Below, in pieces: positions 1 to 5,249 of a stretch of 5,490 nucleotides of DNA. The notes under the pieces were generated by a model, which had not been told where the DNA came from, searched no databases, and saw only the letters and a program-made list of their open reading frames with translations. Origin of the DNA: Candidatus Iainarchaeum sp. (GTDB lineage Archaea > Iainarchaeota > Iainarchaeia > Iainarchaeales > CSSED10-239); NCBI GenBank assembly GCA_028693335.1, contig JAQUVR010000048.1, forward strand, positions 1 through 5,490. Reading direction: 5' to 3'. Each line of letters opens with the position of its first letter. Within the stretch, counting starts at the first letter, position 1. The translations under genes were made by a program, and so were the position numbers.

Positions 1-1
1 A

Positions 2-118
2 GTTTATGAAATTGATAAAAATGTAGATGATTCTAAATATAATTTATATTTTAAACAGGCAGAAAACGGAGTATATGTAAGAGAAGCAATTCTTCTAATA
101 TTGCTTGGATTAATATAA
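2..118 (+). CDS. pyrB: Aspartate carbamoyltransferase catalytic chain, C-terminal fragment (5' end lies outside the window)
   Basis: Frame 2 is open from the window edge and reads VYEIDKNVDDSKYNLYFKQAENGVYVREAILLILLGLI*, with stop TAA at 116-118. The tail pattern YF.QA.NG...R.A.L..LLG resembles the conserved C-terminus of ATCase catalytic chains. It lies 22 nt upstream of pyrI, which is the canonical pyrB-pyrI order. It is absent from the ORF track because there is no ATG in the window. Confidence 0.75.
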   Translation, partial: VYEIDKNVDDSKYNLYFKQAENGVYVREAILLILLGLI

Positions 119-122
119 ACTT

Positions 123-126
123 GGAG
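123..126 (+). promoter_or_regulatory. Possible Shine-Dalgarno element (GGAG) for pyrI
   Basis: GGAG at 123-126, 14 nt upstream of the ATG at 141. The spacing is rather long, so support is weak. Confidence 0.3.
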
Positions 127-140
127 AAATTGAAAAAAAC

Positions 141-593
141 ATGACAGAAATAACAAGAAAAGTAGGAACTATAAAAAATGGAGTTGTTATTGATCACATA
201 ACAAATGGCAAAGGACTAGAAATCTCAAAAATTCTTAAATTAGATCAATTTTTTGAATTTGTTGTTATTGCTCAAAATCTTAATAGTAATAAACTTGGCA
301 AAAAGGATCTTATAAAGATTGAAGGAAAAGAATTAACCATTGATGAACTGAATAAAATCGCATTAATTACAAAAAGTCCAACAATAAATATAATAAGAGA
401 TCAAAAAATATTTCTTAAAAAAAAAGTAGAGATTCCAAAAACGGTTGACAATATTTTAATTTGTAATAACCCTAATTGTATATCTAATACTGAAAACATA
501 AATAGTAAATTTCATAATATAGATTTAGAAAAAATAGATCTTATTTGTCATTATTGTGAAAAAAAACAAAATGAAATAAAAATAAAAAAATGA
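141..593 (+). CDS. pyrI: Aspartate carbamoyltransferase regulatory chain
   Basis: 150 aa. The N-terminal allosteric-domain signature KVGTIKNGVVIDHITNGKGLEISKIL matches the PyrI pattern IKNGTVIDHI..G. The C-terminal zinc domain has four Cys, as C-x4-C (CNNPNC) and C-x2-C (CHYC). It lies directly downstream of the pyrB 3' end. Confidence 0.9.
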   Translation: MTEITRKVGTIKNGVVIDHITNGKGLEISKILKLDQFFEFVVIAQNLNSNKLGKKDLIKIEGKELTIDELNKIALITKSPTINIIRDQKIFLKKKVEIPKTVDNILICNNPNCISNTENINSKFHNIDLEKIDLICHYCEKKQNEIKIKK

Positions 594-599
594 TTTTTT
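594..599 (+). terminator. Oligo-T tract immediately after the pyrI stop (candidate archaeal-type terminator)
   Basis: TGA at 591-593 is followed directly by TTTTTT at 594-599. Archaeal RNA polymerase terminates at oligo-dT runs. T runs are common in sequence this AT-rich, so specificity is low. Confidence 0.3.
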
Positions 600-717
600 A
601 AATTTTACACAGCTCTAAAATAAATAAATTACAATTTATTTAATTTTGTCCAAGTATTTGTGCAATAACAATAATAACAATCAATTTAAAAAGAATTTCT
701 CTCAAAAAATATTTATT

Positions 718-725
718 GGAGAGGA
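718..725 (+). promoter_or_regulatory. Shine-Dalgarno element for the DHH phosphoesterase gene
   Basis: GGAGAGGA at 718-725, 9 nt upstream of the ATG at 735. It is one of the few G-rich strings in the 141-nt intergenic region. Confidence 0.55.
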
Positions 726-734
726 TTACAAAAA

Positions 735-1682
735 ATGAACACAATTATTTTCTATCATGATGATCTAGATGGGCTTGTTTCTGCTCTTGGTTATGCTTAT
801 AATGATTATACAAAAAATCATTCTGATATACCAGATTATAATAAACTAAAAGAAGAATATTTTTTCTATGAAGTAAACTATGGAATAAAAAATATTTTTT
901 ACAATCTAAAATATCAAAAAATAGATTTAAATAGTTTCAAAACAGTAGTAATCTTAGATTATTGTTTTCATAGAAAAACAATGATTAAATTCTTAGAACA
1001 ATTTAAAAATAATATGATTTGGATAGATCACCATAAAAATATTATGACTGAATTTTCTGATCTTGAAATTAATGGACTTAGAGATATAAATAATTCAGCA
1101 GCTGTATTAGTTTGGAAATATTTTAATAAAGACGCCCCATTGTTCTCTCAATATATAGAAGATATGGATATCTGGCTTTGGCAATTGCCAGATTCTAGAG
1201 ATATTTTACATTATATAGATCATCTATACATGGATATTTCAAATAAAGAAAAACACAGCGAAATTATGAATGTTTTTTTAAAATTATTTGACAATACAAC
1301 ATTTAAAAAAAATATGGAAAAATATAAAGAGTTTGGAAAGATAATAGATGACTATCTAAAAACAAAAGTAATTGATGATATCTCAACAGGTAAAAAATTA
1401 ATTTTTGAAGGAATTAACACATTTATTGTAAATTCTCAAATAAAACCAGGATATGTTTCTGAAAAAATATTTAATTCTGATGATTATAGTGATGTAGAAC
1501 TTGTTATTATTTGGTATAGATCTTATTTATCAGGAATAACAGAAAAACATTTTGATAAAATTAGCTTAAGATCAAAAAATATTGATTGCTCAATAATTGC
1601 AAAAAAATATGGTGGAAATGGACATCCAAAAGCGAGTGGTTTTGTTATTGATGATATTTCTAATTTGAATGAAAAAATTTAA
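735..1682 (+). CDS. DHH/DHHA1-family phosphoesterase (NrnA-like nanoRNase / pAp or dinucleotide phosphodiesterase type)
   Basis: 315 aa. DHH motif I is FYHDDLDG, motif II is VVILDYC and motif III is WIDHHKN. The C-terminal DHHA1 signature is SLRSKNIDCSIIAKKYGGNGHPKASGF, a GGNGH variant of the GGGH motif. The substrate cannot be assigned from sequence. Confidence 0.85.
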   Translation: MNTIIFYHDDLDGLVSALGYAYNDYTKNHSDIPDYNKLKEEYFFYEVNYGIKNIFYNLKYQKIDLNSFKTVVILDYCFHRKTMIKFLEQFKNNMIWIDHHKNIMTEFSDLEINGLRDINNSAAVLVWKYFNKDAPLFSQYIEDMDIWLWQLPDSRDILHYIDHLYMDISNKEKHSEIMNVFLKLFDNTTFKKNMEKYKEFGKIIDDYLKTKVIDDISTGKKLIFEGINTFIVNSQIKPGYVSEKIFNSDDYSDVELVIIWYRSYLSGITEKHFDKISLRSKNIDCSIIAKKYGGNGHPKASGFVIDDISNLNEKI

Positions 1683-2173
1683 TTAACAGAACAGGTTAAA
1701 ACATAATTTTGCTGTCTACAAGCACCACTTGTTAAATTAACTAAAGATATTTTTGTAAGATCTATATCTTCATAAACCCCAAAAGAATCAAGGATTATAA
1801 AATTCTGATCTGTAAAAAGATAAATTGAATCACCCGGAGCTAATACTTCTTTAAAAACACCATATAATCTTATTTTTTCTCCATAAATGTCTTGACCTTC
1901 TACTGTCAATGTAAGATCAAAATATCTTATTTCTGAATCATTTATAAGTAACAAAGATAATTGTTTGGTGTCACTATCAAAAACACAAGAATCAATTTTT
2001 AACTTAGAGTTTGCACATTCAATGTTTGTTGCTTTCTTTAGTTGTTCTGTATTATTATTTAATTGATTATTATAATAATCCTTTGACCAAATCAAAAACA
2101 TAGTAATCAATATAACAGCAACTAAAATTATTAGAATAACACCAATTATTGGAGAAAGTGCTTTTTTATTCAT
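1679..2173 (-). CDS. Archaeal type IV pilin-like protein with class III signal peptide (paralog 1)
   Basis: The preferred start is the ATG at 2171-2173, giving MNKKA|LSPIIGVILIILVAVILITMFL. This is a short basic leader, a [KR]-A|[LV]-S-P prepilin-peptidase type site and a hydrophobic helix. The track ORF starts 6 codons earlier at 2191. About 45% identical to the upstream paralog by manual alignment. Contains four Cys and sequons NNT, NDS and NLT. Confidence 0.8.
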   Translation of the reverse strand: MNKKALSPIIGVILIILVAVILITMFLIWSKDYYNNQLNNNTEQLKKATNIECANSKLKIDSCVFDSDTKQLSLLLINDSEIRYFDLTLTVEGQDIYGEKIRLYGVFKEVLAPGDSIYLFTDQNFIILDSFGVYEDIDLTKISLVNLTSGACRQQNYVLTCSVN

Positions 2174-2669
2174 AAATAATTTCACACACATTTATTAGAT
2201 TAATAATTTCTTTTTTACACGCACCATTTGTAAGAATAATACTATTTATTTCAGTAATGTTAAGATCAGAGAAACTATCTTTCTTTAAAAAAATAAAATT
2301 TTGATCAGTATTAAAGATATCTGTACTACCTGGGCTTAAAGATTTAGTAAATTGACCAACCCATTTATTTTGGACACCTTCTGTGTCTTTTCCTTCTATT
2401 GTTAAAATTAAGTCAAAGTATCTTATATTTGTAGAATTAATTAAAAGTAATTCCAATTTCTTTGATGAATATATTTTACAACTATCCACAAAAAGATTAT
2501 AGTTTAAACAATCAATATCTCCAACAGGCTTTAATGCATCCTGTGAATCTTGAAGATTCTCTTTTAAACTTGTTTTCCCCCAGGTTAAAAAGATTGTGGT
2601 TAATATTACAGTAACTAAAATAATTAATATCACACTAATTATTGGAGAAACTGCCTTCTTTTTAATCAT
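2166..2669 (-). CDS. Archaeal type IV pilin-like protein with class III signal peptide (paralog 2)
   Basis: 167 aa. The N-terminus is MIKKKA|VSPIISVILIILVTVILTTIFL. It is collinear with paralog 1, sharing the blocks LLLINxS/T.IRYFDL.LT.EG, TDQNFI.L and LT.GAC. Contains four Cys at aligned positions. The stop TAA at 2166-2168 lies inside the start region of paralog 1. Confidence 0.8.
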   Translation of the reverse strand: MIKKKAVSPIISVILIILVTVILTTIFLTWGKTSLKENLQDSQDALKPVGDIDCLNYNLFVDSCKIYSSKKLELLLINSTNIRYFDLILTIEGKDTEGVQNKWVGQFTKSLSPGSTDIFNTDQNFIFLKKDSFSDLNITEINSIILTNGACKKEIINLINVCEIIYE

Positions 2670-2680
2670 TTAATCACAAA

Positions 2681-2950
2681 CTATTTTTGTTTTTTTATAA
2701 ATTGTTCCCATCTTTTGTTTAATAAAACTGGTCTAAATATGTTATAGATATATGCTTCTTGTAATAATAAGCTAAATGCCCACCCAGTAAATAAAACTAA
2801 TATTGTGTATCGTACTGTTGTATTTATCTTAAAAACACAATCAACAACAATAAACCAAATTAAAGCTATAAAAAAAAAGGTTAGTTGTTCAAAAAATGGT
2901 TTAATTTTTTTTATTTTTTCTTCAATATCTTTTGTATTTTTTTTTATCAT
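2681..2950 (-). CDS. Small hypothetical membrane protein (two predicted transmembrane helices)
   Basis: 89 aa. It has a Lys-rich N-terminus, two hydrophobic segments (LTFFFIALIWFIVVDCVF and YTILVLFTGWAFSLLL) and a basic C-terminus. GGAGA lies 7 nt upstream of the ATG. It is packed 19 nt after the MscS stop and 11 nt before the pilin paralog 2 start. No family was recognised. Confidence 0.55.
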   Translation of the reverse strand: MIKKNTKDIEEKIKKIKPFFEQLTFFFIALIWFIVVDCVFKINTTVRYTILVLFTGWAFSLLLQEAYIYNIFRPVLLNKRWEQFIKKQK

Positions 2951-2957
2951 ATTTATT

Positions 2958-2962
2958 TCTCC
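2958..2962 (-). promoter_or_regulatory. Shine-Dalgarno element for the 89-aa membrane protein
   Basis: The minus strand reads AATAATTGGAGAAATAAAT-ATG. GGAGA (plus-strand TCTCC at 2958-2962) lies 7 nt from the ATG at 2948-2950. Confidence 0.5.
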
Positions 2963-2969
2963 AATTATT

Positions 2970-3848
2970 TTATTTTGGACTTTTAAAATACTTATAAACA
3001 GTTAAAGCCAAATCTGTTTTTAATCTATCAATATCTTTTTGATCTGTAAAAAAAGAAATTAAAATATATACATATTCTTTTTCAGATCTTAAAATTGGTA
3101 TTGTGTCTGATTTAGTTAATTCTTTTAGATCAATTGTTAGTTTCTCAAAAGCTTTCTTATGATCAATATCATCTGCAAACTTTACTGGTATATTTAAGAT
3201 TATTGGATATTTATTGTGCCCATAATTAAAAATATCTTTTTCCAAAAAAATTTTATTTGGGACTTTTATTAAAGAATCTTTTGGATGATAAGAAATTGGT
3301 TTTAAAAAAACATAAAATGAACCAATGTGTACGACCTTTCCTTCATTGTCTCCAATTTTAATATAATCGCTAATTCTAAAAGGTCTTTTTGTAAGCAACA
3401 TAAACCAAACAAAATAAGAGATCAATATTTCTCTTATTGCAAAAGCAATACCAGTTGCTGCAAGTCCTAAAATGATTGCTAAATTTTGCAAGGTTACTCC
3501 AAGTAACCACAAAACAATTGTTGTACCTATTAAATATATTAAACTAGTATATAATTTTGTTAATAATAATTTTTGCTCAACACCAACAGATTCATCAAAA
3601 ATCTTAACAACTTGTGTTTGAGTAATTTTTATAAATATTGTACAACTAAAATACACCCAAATAATTGTAGTAATAGTACTTAATAATCTATTTACATAAA
3701 CCGGCAAAATAATTATCTCATGATTATTCAATATAACAAGTGCAGTTACTAATAGTAAAAAAAAACCAAAAAAAAGTAATAATCTATTAATATGTATATC
3801 TGACTTTCTATTAAATATTTTTATTTTTTGTTTAATCTCATCAACCAT
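2970..3848 (-). CDS. Small-conductance mechanosensitive channel, MscS family
   Basis: 292 aa with N-terminal TM helices. A Gly/Ala-rich pore helix runs into the beta domain: LAIILGLAATGIAFAIREILISYFVWFMLLTKRPFRISDYIKIGDNEGKVVHIGSFYVFL. The conserved PN motif (IKVPNKIFLEKDIFNY) follows. The order and spacing match the E. coli MscS TM3/beta-domain core. Confidence 0.85.
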   Translation of the reverse strand: MVDEIKQKIKIFNRKSDIHINRLLLFFGFFLLLVTALVILNNHEIIILPVYVNRLLSTITTIIWVYFSCTIFIKITQTQVVKIFDESVGVEQKLLLTKLYTSLIYLIGTTIVLWLLGVTLQNLAIILGLAATGIAFAIREILISYFVWFMLLTKRPFRISDYIKIGDNEGKVVHIGSFYVFLKPISYHPKDSLIKVPNKIFLEKDIFNYGHNKYPIILNIPVKFADDIDHKKAFEKLTIDLKELTKSDTIPILRSEKEYVYILISFFTDQKDIDRLKTDLALTVYKYFKSPK

Positions 3849-3860
3849 ATATTTTCAAAT

Positions 3861-3879
3861 TTTAAATATATATATATAA
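3861..3879 (-). promoter_or_regulatory. Candidate archaeal TATA box for the MscS gene (position implies a leaderless or near-leaderless mRNA)
   Basis: The minus strand reads GTTATATATATATATTTAAAATTTGAAAATAT-ATG. TTATATAT spans -31 to -24 relative to the A of the ATG, which is the usual TATA-to-TSS distance. No GGAGG-like element lies between it and the ATG. Confidence 0.35.
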
Positions 3880-3917
3880 CAGAAAATAAATCTATTTAAA
3901 AAGCTTACATAAAAAAA

Positions 3918-5102
3918 TTATTTTTCATTCAAAAAATACAATTTTAATGGTGGAAATCCATTAAAATATATGGAACTATATGACTGAGTGTATGCACCAG
4001 TTGTAAAAATAAAAACTCTATCACCCTCTTTTATATCAGTTTGAAAAGAATATTTAAAATTCTCATACAATATATCAGCAGAATCACAAGTTGGGCCAGC
4101 CAAGATCACTTCTTTTTTTTCTAAATTTTTATTTTCTCTTTCTAAAAAAATTGGATATTTTAAGGATTCATCAATGGTTTCAATTAACCCACCGAATTTG
4201 CCAACATCTAAAAATACCCAATCATATTGATTACACATAGATTTTTTTGAAACCATAATTACTTCTGAAACAATGATTCCAGCATCTGCGACAATAGATC
4301 TACCGGGTTCAATAATTATTTCTGGAAAATTATTTCCAAAATCTTCTTTTAAAAATCTAGTTATTTCATGCGCATATGTTTTTATGCTTCTTGTTGGCAT
4401 TAAATAATTTGATGGAAAACCACCACCCATATTTATCATCCTAAGTTCAATGCCTTCTTCTTTAGCGGCATCAAATAAATACTTAACCTGTGAAATAGCA
4501 TTATCCCATTGACCAATATCTCTTTGTTGAGAACCTACATGAAACGAGATTCCATATGGAATTAATCCTAATCTTTTTGATTCAATAATAAGTTTAAAAG
4601 TAATATCTGGATGAGATCCAAATTTTCTAGATAATGGCCAATCAGCACTACCACCATCACAAAGTATTCTAAAAAAAACTTTTGAACCTGGTGCACTTCT
4701 TGCAATTTTTTCTAAATCAGAAAATGAATCTGAAACAAATAATCTTACACCTTTGTTATAGGCATATAAAATATCTTTTTCTTTTTTTATAGTATTTCCA
4801 AAACTGATTCTATCAGGAGATATTTTTAATCTTAATAATTGATCTAATTCATAAATTGTTGCAATATCAAAACAAGATCCTTTTTTTGCAAGTAACTTTA
4901 TTATTTTGTCTTGTGGATTTGCTTTAACTGCATAATATATTTTTGCAAATGGCAAATTCTTTTTTAATTCATCATATTTTTTATCAATTTTATTTAGATC
5001 CATTATTAGAAATGGAGTTTTTTTATCCTTAGAAAATTCTTTTATTTTTTTTAAATCTGATTTATTTATAAAATCTGTAATCACGCGCTCAGAGTTATAC
5101 AT
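3918..5102 (-). CDS. PLP-dependent decarboxylase of the alanine-racemase fold, ornithine (or lysine/ornithine) decarboxylase type
   Basis: 394 aa. The PLP-lysine motif is IYYAVKANP. Other motifs are FHVGSQ, NMGGGFPS, EPGRSIVA, GPTCDSAD and GAYT. GGGFP together with CD..D favours the ODC branch over LysA, which typically has GGGL and CES.D. The exact substrate is not certain. Confidence 0.85.
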   Translation of the reverse strand: MYNSERVITDFINKSDLKKIKEFSKDKKTPFLIMDLNKIDKKYDELKKNLPFAKIYYAVKANPQDKIIKLLAKKGSCFDIATIYELDQLLRLKISPDRISFGNTIKKEKDILYAYNKGVRLFVSDSFSDLEKIARSAPGSKVFFRILCDGGSADWPLSRKFGSHPDITFKLIIESKRLGLIPYGISFHVGSQQRDIGQWDNAISQVKYLFDAAKEEGIELRMINMGGGFPSNYLMPTRSIKTYAHEITRFLKEDFGNNFPEIIIEPGRSIVADAGIIVSEVIMVSKKSMCNQYDWVFLDVGKFGGLIETIDESLKYPIFLERENKNLEKKEVILAGPTCDSADILYENFKYSFQTDIKEGDRVFIFTTGAYTQSYSSIYFNGFPPLKLYFLNEK

Positions 5103-5108
5103 ATTAAG

Positions 5109-5114
5109 ACCTCT
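5109..5114 (-). promoter_or_regulatory. Shine-Dalgarno element for the decarboxylase gene
   Basis: The minus strand reads AAAAGAGGTCTTAAT-ATG. AGAGGT (plus-strand ACCTCT at 5109-5114) lies 6 nt from the ATG at 5100-5102. Confidence 0.55.
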
Positions 5115-5249
5115 TTTTATATTTTAAAGAATTAGATTTAATCTTTCTGTTTAAGTTTTTTTATCTCTTTTTTAAAAATAGTTTTTTAATTTTTGTAAAT
5201 ATAATAATAAAATAAATATAAAATAAAGTTTAAAAAGATATCTGAAAAA
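5115..5249 (-). promoter_or_regulatory. Intergenic region likely holding the upstream gene's terminator and the decarboxylase promoter
   Basis: On the minus strand the TAA stop at 5250-5252 is followed directly by TTTTT (5245-5249). Several TATA-like strings follow, for example TTTATATT (plus 5215-5222) and TTATATTT (plus 5197-5204). They cannot be ranked in sequence this AT-rich. Confidence 0.3.

Noticed and set aside
417-425. Long A/T homopolymer runs inside coding regions as possible slipped-strand phase-variation switches (A9 at 417-425, A9 at 2870-2878, A9 at 3757-3765, A8 at 3768-3775, and others)
   Set aside because: The runs occur in housekeeping genes (pyrI, MscS) as well as in the small ORF. 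They simply encode Lys or Phe runs in a genome of this composition. No frame-restoring alternative ORFs are visible.
622-641. Perfect 9-bp inverted repeat AAATAAATT-AC-AATTTATTT downstream of pyrI, as a possible hairpin terminator or regulatory RNA
   Set aside because: It is made only of A/T pairs and has a 2-nt loop, so the structure would be very weak. Such palindromes are expected by chance here. The oligo-T tract at 594-599 is the more plausible termination signal.
2174-2191. Six-codon N-terminal extension (MCVKLF) of pilin paralog 1 given by the ORF track
   Set aside because: Starting at the ATG at 2171-2173 gives a short basic leader, MNKKA, that parallels MIKKKA of the paralog. That is the expected form of a class III signal peptide. 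The longer form adds a hydrophobic, Cys-containing leader with no counterpart in the paralog.
2681-2950. The 89-aa protein as a holin (two TM helices with a charged C-terminus)
   Set aside because: Topology alone is not diagnostic. No lysin, phage or other lysis genes are adjacent, and the operon context is channel plus pilins.
2805-3005. 66-aa plus-strand ORF (MYRTVVFILKTQ...)
   Set aside because: It lies entirely antisense to the 89-aa membrane protein gene and the 3' end of MscS. It has no SD and a low-complexity Phe/Ile-rich translation typical of a shadow ORF in AT-rich DNA. Both opposing genes have better support.
3866-3878. (AT)6A dinucleotide repeat as a microsatellite or repeat element
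   Set aside because: It is short, occurs once, and sits at the distance from the MscS start expected for a TATA box. It is therefore interpreted as promoter sequence rather than as a repeat feature.
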